A stretch of 27,568 nucleotides of DNA. Source: Planctomycetota bacterium (lineage in GTDB: Bacteria; Planctomycetota; UBA11346). The translations under genes were made by a program, and so were the position numbers. Shown here in pieces: positions 9,485 through 18,167 of this stretch. The stretch's first letter is position 1. The number at the start of each line of letters is the position of its first letter. The notes below the pieces were generated by a model. That model was not told the DNA's origin, searched no databases, and was given only the letters and a program-made list of their open reading frames with translations. The stretch lies in NCBI GenBank assembly GCA_038213805.1, contig JBBQSO010000071.1, positions 1-27,568 of the forward strand, in the 5' to 3' direction.

Positions 9485-11164
9485 ATGTTCCTGATCGGCC
9501 TGCTTCCCGCGCTGCTGCTCACAGCCGGATTGTGGCTGCTGCTGCCGGTGCTGCCGCGCGACCGGCTGTGGGCGCGCCTGATCGCGGTCGCCATCCTCGA
9601 GGTCTTCGCCCTGCGCTACGCCTGGTGGCGCGTCCACGCCACCCTGCCGCCCTTCGCCTGGGAGCGCTGGACGCTGTGGCAATACGGCTTCTTCGCCTGC
9701 GAAGCGCTGGCCCTGACCTACGTGTGCTGGAGCGCGCTGATCTGCATCCGCCGCACCGACCGCGGCGCGCAGGCCGACGCCGGCGAGGCGCGCCTGGCGC
9801 AGCGCGACGCGCTGCCCACCATCGATGTCCTCATCCCGACCTTCGGCGAAGGCCTCGAGATCCTCGATGCGACCCTCGCCGGCTGCTTGGCCATCGACTG
9901 GCCGCGCGAGCGTCTGCGCATCACCGTTCTGGATGACGGGCGGCGCGATTGGCTGGCGGCGCGCTGCGCCGAACTCGATGTCCACTACCTGCGCCGCGCG
10001 GACGGCATGCACGGCAAAGCCGGCAACCTCAATTACGGACTGGCCCACACCGATGGCGAACTGGTGCTGGTGCTCGACGCCGACTTCATCCCGCAGGCGC
10101 GCATCCTGCGGCGCATGGCAGGGCTGCTGGACGCGCCCGATGTGGCCCTGGTGCAGACGCCGCAGCACTACGACAACCCCGACCCCATCCAGCACAACCT
10201 GGTCGGCGCGCGCGCCTGGACCGAAGAGCAGCGCTACTTCTTCGATGTCGCCCAGCCCAGCCGCGATGCCTGGGGCAACGCCTTCTGCGTCGGCACCGGC
10301 TTCCTGTGCAAGCGCAGTGCTTTCACCGCTGTCGGCGGCTACCCGCTCGGCTGCCTGTGCGAGGACCTCTACCTGAGCTATGCGCTGAAGAGTCATGGTC
10401 TGCGCACCGTCTACCTCAACGAGGCGCTCAGCCACGGCCTGGCCACCGAGAGCCTGGGCGAGTACATCGGCCAGCGTGTGCGCTGGTGCCAGGGCACCGC
10501 GCAGACCCTGTACCTGCCCTACGGGCCGCTGCGCGCGCCTGGACTGACGTGGCTCGACCGCGTGTTCTACGCCGACGTCCTGCTCTACTGGCTGTCCTTC
10601 CCGGTCCTGCTGCTGATCGTGCTCTCGCCGGTGGTCTACTGGTTCGCGGGCGTGCCGGTCTTCCAGTGCCAACCCGGTGACGCCTTCACCATGGTCCTGC
10701 CGCGCCTGGTCGCGGTGTTCGCCGTCACCTACTGGCTGTCCGCCGGCAAGGTCATGCCGGTGGTCACCGAGCTGAAGAAGTTGATCACCGTCTTCCACGT
10801 CGTCCCCGGCCTGCTCGCCGCGCTGTGGCGCCCGCATGGCCGCGCCTTCCGCGTCACCGCCAAGGGCGTGGGCAGCGACCGCGTGGTGGTGCAGTGGGGG
10901 CTGATGGCGCCGTTCCTGGTGCTGCTGGTGCTGACCGCGGCCGGCATGTGCGTGTCCTTCACCGCCGACTACGCGCGCACGCCGTGGAACGAGTTCACCG
11001 CGGTCAACCTGCTGCTCAGCTTCTATGGCACGCTGATGCTCGGCCTGTGCTGCCTGACCTGCATCGAGCGACCCAAGGGCGAGGGCTACTGGTCGCGCGC
11101 GCAGACCCAGCATGGTTCGCTGCGGCGGGCGGCAGAGGCGATCGCGCGGCGGGTGGTTGGGTGA
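9485..11164 (+). CDS. GT2 processive beta-glucan synthase (cellulose synthase superfamily; CrdS/BgsA-like), without PilZ domain
   Basis: VLDDG, HGKAGNLN, DAD, QTPQ, NPDPIQHNL, AFCVGT, CED (TED equivalent), QRVRW; N- and C-terminal TM helices. Confidence 0.88.
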   Translation: MFLIGLLPALLLTAGLWLLLPVLPRDRLWARLIAVAILEVFALRYAWWRVHATLPPFAWERWTLWQYGFFACEALALTYVCWSALICIRRTDRGAQADAGEARLAQRDALPTIDVLIPTFGEGLEILDATLAGCLAIDWPRERLRITVLDDGRRDWLAARCAELDVHYLRRADGMHGKAGNLNYGLAHTDGELVLVLDADFIPQARILRRMAGLLDAPDVALVQTPQHYDNPDPIQHNLVGARAWTEEQRYFFDVAQPSRDAWGNAFCVGTGFLCKRSAFTAVGGYPLGCLCEDLYLSYALKSHGLRTVYLNEALSHGLATESLGEYIGQRVRWCQGTAQTLYLPYGPLRAPGLTWLDRVFYADVLLYWLSFPVLLLIVLSPVVYWFAGVPVFQCQPGDAFTMVLPRLVAVFAVTYWLSAGKVMPVVTELKKLITVFHVVPGLLAALWRPHGRAFRVTAKGVGSDRVVVQWGLMAPFLVLLVLTAAGMCVSFTADYARTPWNEFTAVNLLLSFYGTLMLGLCCLTCIERPKGEGYWSRAQTQHGSLRRAAEAIARRVVG

Positions 11165-11166
11165 GA

Positions 11167-11348
11167 AGACCCTAGACCCTAGACCCTAGACCCTGGACGC
11201 GAGACCCGAGGGGATTTAACCGGCCCATCCCATATCATGCGGATGGCCGCTCATTCATTCCCAGTGCGCGTGGTGATCCCCAAACAGCTCTACGCGTCCG
11301 ACGACATTCTAGGGTCTTGCGTCTAGCGTCTGCGGCGCGCAGCGCCGC
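11167..11348. repeat. Miniature inverted-repeat element A: (AGACCCT)4 arm, unique core, inverted AG(G/C)GTCT arm, terminal 7-bp hairpin
   Basis: AGACCCT x4 at 11167-11194; inverted units at 11311-11331; hairpin GCGGCGC-GCA-GCGCCGC at 11332-11348. Confidence 0.85.
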
Positions 11349-13435
11349 TAGAACTCCACCACCGCGTACAGCCACAGCAGGGCCCGCTTCAAATAACCGG
11401 GATTCTGCTCGGTGAGCAGGATCTTGGCGCGCTGGCCGATCAGCGCGGCCTGACGGTCGCGCGCGTCGATGGCGACCACCACCTTGAAGGACTTCTGCTC
11501 CTGGTCGGCGGAGGGCAGGTGGTAGGCGTAGCTCTCGTCGTGGGCGCCATTGTCGCTGATGCGCACGGCGGTGACGGTGCCGCGGATCTGCCGCGCATCG
11601 CCGACCAGGTAGATCAGCGCGGCGTCGCCGACGGTGACGCTTTCCAGGTAGCGCTGGTGCAGCCACACCTCGACGACGATGGTGTCGCGGTCGGCGATCT
11701 GGTAGAGGTCGGCCCCGGTGGTGACGAACTGCCCGACCGTGGCCGAACGCTTCCACACCACGCCGGCGGCGGGCGCGACCACCTTGGCCTCGCGGCGGTG
11801 GGCGAGGTGCGCCTCCTCGACGGCGAGGTCGTCATCGTCCGCGGCGAGGTTGCGCGCCGCCTCGGCGGACTGGATGCGCAGGTCGGCGAGGCGGGTGGTG
11901 ACCGCGTCCAGGCGGACCTTCTCGAGCGGGCTGTCGATGCCGAGGTAGATGCCGGCGGCGAGCGCGGCGAGCTGGTTGTCGCTGCGCGTCAGCAGCGCTT
12001 CCTGCGCTTCGACCGCCTTGGCCGCGGCGAGCTGCTCCTGCCGCGCATCGTCGACCAGGTTGGCGGCCAGGGTGCCGGGCGGCAGGCTCTCGATGCGGCC
12101 GACGTCGCGTGCGCGCGTGGCGGCCGCGGCGCGCAGGCTATCGAGCCGGCTGGCGGTCTCGATGCGTAGCGCGCGCTGATCAGCGAGCAGGCGGTTGCGG
12201 TAGTTCTCGAGCTGCCCGCGGTAGTCCTCGGCCTCGCGCTCACGCGTGGCGATCTCGCTGGCGAGCGCGTCGGTGCGCACCTGCAGGGCCTGGCGGCCGG
12301 CGCGCATGCTCTCCAGGCGCGAGGCGTCGGCGTGCTCATTGCGCACCACCGACAGCACTTCGTCGGCGTGCACCGCCTCGCCCAGATCGTGCGCGAAGGG
12401 CGTCAGGTAGCCCTCGATGGGCGCGCGCACCGTGGCGATGCGCGCATTGACCACCGCCTGGCTGGAGATCGGGAAGACGCTCGGCAGCACCACCGACCAC
12501 AGCGCCAGCACCAGCAGGGCGACGGCGATGGCGACGCGCAGAATGCGGCCGCGCGGCCACGCCTTGGCCGGCGGTGCCGCGGGCGGTGCCGCGACGGTAG
12601 CGGGGCCCGGCTCCATGCGCGCGACGTCGCCGGTGGCGACAAGGATGTGCGCGCCGCTGCCGTCCGGCGCAGCTGCGCCCGGCGCGATCTGCAGCGATGG
12701 CGCGAAGCGTGTCGAGCCGTCGCGCGGGTTGGGGATGCGGCGCACCAGGGCGCCGCTGCCGTGACGCTCCAGGGCGGCGTCGATGGCACCGGTGCGCCCG
12801 GCGCGCGCCTGCACCAGCGCGTCCTCAAGCGAGGCGTTGGCGACCAGGGCGCGGCGCAGCAGGCGGGTGGTCGAGTCTGCCTCGCCCTGCACCGATTCGA
12901 CCTCGGCCAGGCGCTGTTCCAGGCGCTGGTTGGCGCCGAGCAGGCGCTGATATTCGCTGGTGGCGTCGCCCTCCAGGCGCTTGATCAGCGCAGTCTTCTC
13001 CTGCACCTCAAGCTCGAGCTGGCGCAGCCGCTGTTCGAGCCCGTCCACATTGGCGCGGGCAGCAGCGGCCGCGGGTGCCGCTGCGCTCGGCGGCGCGGGC
13101 AGGCGCTCCAACGCCGCATTTGTGGCCGGTCGCGGTAGGCCATCGAGGTGGGCGGTGTCGACGACCACGCCGGTGTGGGTGGTGGAGTCCTTGCCGCGGC
13201 CCATCGCCGTGTAGATGTCGGACAACACCGCTGCGATCTGGTCGACCTCGTGCAGCAGCGAATTGCCGGGCGGTGGGGTGATGTCGGAGGGGTCGATGGC
13301 GACGGTCGGCTCGCTGCTGCGCTCACCGCTGCGGGCGGCCGGACCGCGCGCGGGCGGGCGTCCCGGCTCACCACCGGCGGACACAGGGTGGGCCGGTTCA
13401 CCGGGCAGGGTGCGGCTGGCGTCGTCGAAGCTCAT
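11348..13435 (-). CDS. HlyD/membrane fusion protein (BgsB/Alg44-like) with a ~295-aa cytoplasmic N-terminal extension
   Basis: Single TM 'ILRVAIAVALLVLALWSVVL' followed by 'SSQAVVNARIATVRAPIEG', a long coiled coil and 'VVAPAAGVVW...GQFVTTGADL' (lipoyl-like halves); GGGGAG upstream of ATG 13435. Confidence 0.85.
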   Translation of the reverse strand: MSFDDASRTLPGEPAHPVSAGGEPGRPPARGPAARSGERSSEPTVAIDPSDITPPPGNSLLHEVDQIAAVLSDIYTAMGRGKDSTTHTGVVVDTAHLDGLPRPATNAALERLPAPPSAAAPAAAAARANVDGLEQRLRQLELEVQEKTALIKRLEGDATSEYQRLLGANQRLEQRLAEVESVQGEADSTTRLLRRALVANASLEDALVQARAGRTGAIDAALERHGSGALVRRIPNPRDGSTRFAPSLQIAPGAAAPDGSGAHILVATGDVARMEPGPATVAAPPAAPPAKAWPRGRILRVAIAVALLVLALWSVVLPSVFPISSQAVVNARIATVRAPIEGYLTPFAHDLGEAVHADEVLSVVRNEHADASRLESMRAGRQALQVRTDALASEIATREREAEDYRGQLENYRNRLLADQRALRIETASRLDSLRAAAATRARDVGRIESLPPGTLAANLVDDARQEQLAAAKAVEAQEALLTRSDNQLAALAAGIYLGIDSPLEKVRLDAVTTRLADLRIQSAEAARNLAADDDDLAVEEAHLAHRREAKVVAPAAGVVWKRSATVGQFVTTGADLYQIADRDTIVVEVWLHQRYLESVTVGDAALIYLVGDARQIRGTVTAVRISDNGAHDESYAYHLPSADQEQKSFKVVVAIDARDRQAALIGQRAKILLTEQNPGYLKRALLWLYAVVEF

Positions 13436-13565
13436 GGCAGCGGGCTCCCCATGGGGGCGGGATATGACCGCGCACGCAGCGGCATTGCAAGTGCTCGCTG
13501 GCGCTGCGTAGCAGCCTCGGACCAGCTCGCGCTTTGCGCCCGGCGATTCCCACCACGCTGGCGGC

Positions 13566-14207
13566 ATGAGCGAAGCTGATGAACCTGACGACGACGATGA
13601 GGCCGCCGATCCCATCGACGCCGATCTCGCAGCGCGCCTTGGCGCGTTGTGGGAGGCGTACCGTGGCGACGACGCCGCCACCGCCGTCCAACTCGGTCGC
13701 GAGCTGGTGCGCCAGCATCCGTCCAATGGCGAGGCGTGGTTCTGGCTCGGCTGCAGCCTCGAGCGCGAGGGCGCCTACCAGGCCGCCGACCGTTGCTTCG
13801 TGCGCGCCGCCAAGGCCGCGCAGGACGCGCAGGGTATGCCCTTCCGCGTCGGCTGGCGCCAGTTCCAGCAGGCCGTGACGGTGGCCGGCGACGCCCTGCC
13901 CGCACCGCTGCGCGCCGCGCTTGAGGAGGTCACCCTGGTGCTCGCCGACTACGCCGAATCCGCGCTGCTCGAGGGCTTCGACGAGCCCGAACTGCTCGGC
14001 CTATTCGTCGGCAACGAGCGCGGCGATCGCGACGAGCCCGGCACCCCGCAGATCTCGGCGCGCATCCACCTCTTCCGCCGCGCCCACGAGCACGCCTGCA
14101 GCTCGCGCCGCGAGTTCAGCGAGGAGGTCCGCCAGACGCTGTGGCACGAGCTGGGGCACTACCTCGGGTATGACGAGGGGGAGCTGGAGGAGTTGGGAAG
14201 AGGATAG
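13566..14207 (+). CDS. TPR-containing minimal zincin metallopeptidase (Zincin_1/DUF1025-like)
   Basis: TPR-like 'GEAWFWLGCSL', 'LPAPLR...LEEV', 'LLGLFVG', 'RIHLFRR' and 'TLWHELGHYLG' (HExxH). Confidence 0.85.
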   Translation: MSEADEPDDDDEAADPIDADLAARLGALWEAYRGDDAATAVQLGRELVRQHPSNGEAWFWLGCSLEREGAYQAADRCFVRAAKAAQDAQGMPFRVGWRQFQQAVTVAGDALPAPLRAALEEVTLVLADYAESALLEGFDEPELLGLFVGNERGDRDEPGTPQISARIHLFRRAHEHACSSRREFSEEVRQTLWHELGHYLGYDEGELEELGRG

Positions 14208-14403
14208 CGCGCCGTTGGCGCGCAGACCCGAGAGCCTAGACCCTAGACCCTAGACCCTAGACCCTAGACCCTGGACGCGAGACGCGAGACGCGAGACGCG
14301 AGACGCGAGATTCTGGTATTGAGTTGAAACCGTGGCACTTGATGCAAGGCGTGAGAACAGGGTCTAGGGTCTAGGGTCTAGCGTCTGCGGCGCCCAGCGC
14401 CGC
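14207..14403. repeat. Miniature inverted-repeat element B: hairpin, 12 heptamers (AGACCCT/AGACGCG), 48-nt core, inverted heptamers, hairpin
   Basis: Hairpin GCGCGCC-GTT-GGCGCGC at 14207-14223; heptamers at 14224-14307; inverted arm at 14359-14386; hairpin GCGGCGC-CCA-GCGCCGC at 14387-14403. Confidence 0.9.
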
Positions 14404-15134
14404 TACGGCACGAACGCCTGATGATGGAATTCCAGAGCCTCGACCACGTGCTGGTCCCAGTATTCCCAATTGTGGGCGCCGGGGTATTCCTGGTAGTAGT
14501 GGGGGAAGTCGAGCTTCACCAGGTGCGCGTGCAGCGCGCGGTTGGCGGTCAGGGTGAAGTCCTCGGTGCCGCAGTCGAAGCGCACGCGGGGCTTGGGGCC
14601 GGGCAGGGCGGCGAGGGCGAAGATGTTGTCCGCGGGGGCCAGGGCATCGCCGTAGATCAGCGGGAACTCCTCGGGGAAGCCCTTGTCGGCGACCATCTTC
14701 GCGACGTCGGCGGCGCTCGAGTGCGCGGCCACCGAGCCGAACAGCAGCGGGTGCTTGAGGCCGAGCTTGAGCGCGCCGTAGCCGCCCATCGACAGGCCGC
14801 CGATGCCGCGCATCTGCACGCGCGGGTCGGTGCGGAAGGTGCGGTCGATGTAGGCCACGGTCTCAAGGATGTGGGTCTCGTGGCGGGCGCGCGGTGCGCG
14901 CACCGCGTCGCTGTACCAGCCGCGGCCGCCGTCGGGCATCACCACCATGATGCCGAAGCGGTCGGCGTAGCGCTCGATCGAGCTGCGCCTGGTCCACGCG
15001 CTATGGTCGTCGGACAGGCCATGCAACTGGTAGACCACCGGCAGCGGTCCGGCCGGCTTCTCTGGCAGCACCACGCGCAGCGCGGTCATCTTGCCGAGGG
15101 CGTCGCTGAAGCGGTCGATATGCAGGATGGCCAT
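14403..15134 (-). CDS. Alpha/beta-hydrolase esterase (FrmB/tributyrin esterase-like family)
   Basis: 'PVVYQLHGLSDD', nucleophile elbow GLSMGG, 'DCGTEDF', 'GAHNWEYW'. Confidence 0.9.
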   Translation of the reverse strand: MAILHIDRFSDALGKMTALRVVLPEKPAGPLPVVYQLHGLSDDHSAWTRRSSIERYADRFGIMVVMPDGGRGWYSDAVRAPRARHETHILETVAYIDRTFRTDPRVQMRGIGGLSMGGYGALKLGLKHPLLFGSVAAHSSAADVAKMVADKGFPEEFPLIYGDALAPADNIFALAALPGPKPRVRFDCGTEDFTLTANRALHAHLVKLDFPHYYQEYPGAHNWEYWDQHVVEALEFHHQAFVP

Positions 15135-15303
15135 GGGATGGGCTCCAGCGAGCGATGGTCTGTGCACGTCAGCGAGGCGCAACGCCCGCCACGCAGCGTG
15201 GATTCCCGTGCGGTGAGACAGCGGGATTCGAGCGGCGGATGCGCGAGCGCCGTTGGCGCTCGCGAGACACGGTCACACGGCGGCTACCGCCCCCCCGCCG
15301 CCA

Positions 15304-18027
15304 TCACAGTCCCGCCAACGTCTCCCGCAGATTGCCCAGCTCGACGCGCTCCTTCGCCAGCAGCTCCCGGGTCTCCTCCACCTGCTGGGCCGGTGCACGC
15401 GCGATATAGTCGGCGTTGCCCAGGCGGCCCTCTTTGCCGGCGATGCTCTTCTCGGTGGCGGCGCTACGCTTGGCGAGCTGGTCCTTGAGCTTCGCGAGAT
15501 CGACCACCCCGGCGAGCGGCACGTGGATCTTGAGCTCGCCGACCACGGTGGTGACCGCGCCGGCCGGTTTGGCCGCGCCCGCGGCGATGACCAGGCCGCT
15601 GAGGTTGGCGCGGTCGATCAGGAACGCGCGCTCGCCATCCAGCGCCTGCGCCCGCGCCGCACCCGGCGTCGCGATGGTCGCCTCCAACGCCACGCCGTCG
15701 GCGAGGCTGACCAGGTTGCGCACGTTGCGGATGGCGCTGACCACCGCCTGCAGCTCGGCCATCGCGGGTGCCGCGTCGGCGACCTGCAGCGCCGCCACCG
15801 GCAGCGGCCAGGGCTGCAGCATCAGAAAGCGCCCGGGCTGCCAGGCCGCGCCGCCGGTCACCGTCTGCAAGGTCTGCCAGAGGTGCTCGGTGATGAACGG
15901 CATGCCCGGATGCAGCAAGCGCAGCACGCCATCGAAGCAGTGCGCGAGCACCGCGGTGGCGTTGGCCGCGGCGACGCCGCCGGCCTTGAACTGGTGCTTG
16001 GCCCATTCCAGGTACCAGTCGCAGAGCTCGTCGCGGAAGAAGCGGTAGGCGGTGTTGGCGTAGTCGTTGTAGCGGAAGCTTTCGAGCGCTGCGGTGCACT
16101 CCGCGACCGCGCCCTGCAGGCGGTCAAGGATCCAGCGCTCGGGAAGTCCCTGACCCGCAAGCGCGGCGACCGCCGCCGCGTCCGGCACCCCCGCCAGCGG
16201 CCGCTCCGCCAGGTTCATCAGCAGGAACCGCCCCGCATTCCACACCTTGTTGGCGAAGTTGCGCCCGGTCTCGAACTTCACCGGGCTGAGCTTGAGGTCC
16301 TGCCCTTCGGTGGTCATGTCGAGCAGCGTGTAGCGCACCGCGTCGGCGCCGTAGCCCGCGCACTGGTAGTCCTTGCCCAGGTAGTTCTGCGTGCCGCCCT
16401 CGATCATGATGATGGGGTCGATGCCGTTGCCCTTCGACTTCGACATCTTCTCGCCGCGCTCGTCGTTGACCGTGCCATGGATGTAGACGTCGCTGAACGG
16501 CCGCGTGTCGAGCGCGAACAGCGAGGTCATGACCATGCGCGCGACCCAGAAGAAGATGATGCCGCGGTCGGTGACCAGGGTCGAGGTCGGGAAGTAGCGC
16601 GCGAGCTCGGGCGTCTGCTCGGGCCAGCCCAGCGTCGAGTACGGCCACAGCGCCGACGAGAACCAGGTGTCGAGGACATCGGGGTCCTGCGTCAGCTTTG
16701 CCGACCCGCAGTGCGCGCAGGCGCTGGGGTCCGCCATGCCGACGGTGACCTGTGCGCAGTCCGCACAGTGCCACGCGGGAATGCGGTGGCCCCACCAGAT
16801 CTGGCGCGAGATGCACCAGTCGCGGACGTTGTCCAACCACTGCTCGTAGACCTTGCCCCAGCGTTCCGGGTGGAAGTGCAGCCGCCCCTCGCGCGTCTCC
16901 TTGACGGCGCGCTCCGCGAGCGGCGCCATCTTCACGAACCACTGTTCGGTGACCATCGGCTCGATCGGTTCGCCGGAGCGCTCGCTGTGGCCGACCGCGT
17001 GGGTGATCTCGGTGCGGCCCTGCAGCACGCCGCTCTGTTCGAAGGCGATGAGCAGCGCCTTGCGGCAGGCGAAGCGGTCCTGCCCGGCGTAGCCGGTGGC
17101 CTCTGCGGTCATGGTGCCGTCGAAGCCGATGACGCGCACCAGCGGCAGTTTGTGGCGCTTGCCGACCTCGTAGTCGTTGGGGTCGTGCGCGGGCGTGATC
17201 TTGACCGCGCCGGTGCCCTTCTCGGGATCGGCATGCTCATCGCCGACGATCGGGATCTGCCGCCCGACGATGGGCAGGGTGACGGTGCGGCCGATCAGCG
17301 CCTGGTAGCGCGGATCGGCGGGATTCACCGCGACCGCGGTGTCGCCGAAGAAGGTCTCGGGCCGCGTGGTCTCGACATCGATGTGGCCGCTGCCGTCGCT
17401 GAGCGGATAGCGCAGCTTCCACAGGAAGCCGGGCTTGTCCTTCATGTCGACCTCGTCGTCCGACAGCGCCGTCTTCAGCACCGGCGACCAGTTCACCATG
17501 CGCGTGCCGCGGTAGATCAGGCCCTTCTCGAACAGCGCGACGAACATCGTGCGCACCGCGCGCGACAGCCCCTCGTCCATGGTGAAGCGTTCGCGCGACC
17601 AGTCGCACGATGAGCCGAGCTTGCGCAGCTGGTTGACGATCTGCCCGCCCGACTGCTCCTTCCACGCCCACACCCGCGCCAGGAACTCGTCGCGCGGCGT
17701 GCTCTCCTTGCGCCTGCCCTCTTTCTCCAGCAGCTTCGCGACCACCGCCTCGGTGGCGATGCCGGCGTGGTCGGTGCCCGGCTGCCACAGGGTGTCGTGG
17801 CCCTGCATCCGCCGCCAGCGGATCAGGGTGTCCTGCAGGGTGTTGTTGAGCGCATGCCCCATGTGCAGCACGCCGGTGACGTTGGGCGGCGGGATGGCGA
17901 TGGTGTAGCTGGGCAGTCCCGCGCGCTTGCCCGCGCCGGCCTTGAAGCAGCCGCCTTTTTCCCAGCGCTCGTAGACCTCAGGCTCGACGGTCTTGGCTTC
18001 GTAGGACTTGGGGAGCTCGAGGGTCAT
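15304..18027 (-). CDS. valS: Valine--tRNA ligase
   Basis: 'PPPNVTGVLHMGHA', 'GTDHAGIATE', 'TTRPET', 'GTGAVKITPAHDPNDY', 'DWCISRQIWWGHRIP', 'DVLDTWFSS', KMSKS, C-terminal coiled coil. Confidence 0.98.
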   Translation of the reverse strand: MTLELPKSYEAKTVEPEVYERWEKGGCFKAGAGKRAGLPSYTIAIPPPNVTGVLHMGHALNNTLQDTLIRWRRMQGHDTLWQPGTDHAGIATEAVVAKLLEKEGRRKESTPRDEFLARVWAWKEQSGGQIVNQLRKLGSSCDWSRERFTMDEGLSRAVRTMFVALFEKGLIYRGTRMVNWSPVLKTALSDDEVDMKDKPGFLWKLRYPLSDGSGHIDVETTRPETFFGDTAVAVNPADPRYQALIGRTVTLPIVGRQIPIVGDEHADPEKGTGAVKITPAHDPNDYEVGKRHKLPLVRVIGFDGTMTAEATGYAGQDRFACRKALLIAFEQSGVLQGRTEITHAVGHSERSGEPIEPMVTEQWFVKMAPLAERAVKETREGRLHFHPERWGKVYEQWLDNVRDWCISRQIWWGHRIPAWHCADCAQVTVGMADPSACAHCGSAKLTQDPDVLDTWFSSALWPYSTLGWPEQTPELARYFPTSTLVTDRGIIFFWVARMVMTSLFALDTRPFSDVYIHGTVNDERGEKMSKSKGNGIDPIIMIEGGTQNYLGKDYQCAGYGADAVRYTLLDMTTEGQDLKLSPVKFETGRNFANKVWNAGRFLLMNLAERPLAGVPDAAAVAALAGQGLPERWILDRLQGAVAECTAALESFRYNDYANTAYRFFRDELCDWYLEWAKHQFKAGGVAAANATAVLAHCFDGVLRLLHPGMPFITEHLWQTLQTVTGGAAWQPGRFLMLQPWPLPVAALQVADAAPAMAELQAVVSAIRNVRNLVSLADGVALEATIATPGAARAQALDGERAFLIDRANLSGLVIAAGAAKPAGAVTTVVGELKIHVPLAGVVDLAKLKDQLAKRSAATEKSIAGKEGRLGNADYIARAPAQQVEETRELLAKERVELGNLRETLAGL

Positions 18028-18067
18028 GTGAGGTTCCTGGGAGGCGCTGGGATCACTGGAAACGCCG

Positions 18068-18112
18068 CGGGGCGGCCCGCAGGCCGCCCCGTCCGGGAAC
18101 GCGTGACCTGCG
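18068..18112 (-). promoter_or_regulatory. Candidate attenuator helices in the valS leader
   Basis: Perfect 10-bp hairpin CGGGGCGGCC-TGCG-GGCCGCCCCG (18068-18091); competing segment CGCAGGTC (18105-18112) is complementary to GGCCTGCG (18078-18085). Confidence 0.6.
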
Positions 18113-18118
18113 TCGGGC

Positions 18119-18160
18119 TCAGCGGGGTGCGACCACGACGGGTACGGGCTGCGGAGTCAT
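18119..18160 (-). CDS. Val-rich leader peptide MTPQPVPVVVAPR upstream of valS
   Basis: ATG ACT CCG CAG CCC GTA CCC GTC GTG GTC GCA CCC CGC TGA; 4 Val codons, 3 of them consecutive; ends 91 nt before the valS ATG. Confidence 0.7.
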   Translation of the reverse strand: MTPQPVPVVVAPR

Positions 18161-18167
18161 CGGCGGC

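Noticed and set aside
14224..14386. Repeat arrays (also 11167-11331, 22781-22954, 25654-25832, 27437-27568) as CRISPR
   Set aside because: Units are 7-nt tandem repeats without regular 25-45-nt spacers, and no cas genes are present
15253..17613. Long antisense ORFs (e.g. 15253..17613 +, 6281..8395 +, 9302..11113 -, 23046..24407 -, 24325..25665 +)
   Set aside because: They shadow well-supported genes on the opposite strand, as expected in high-GC DNA, and carry no recognisable motifs
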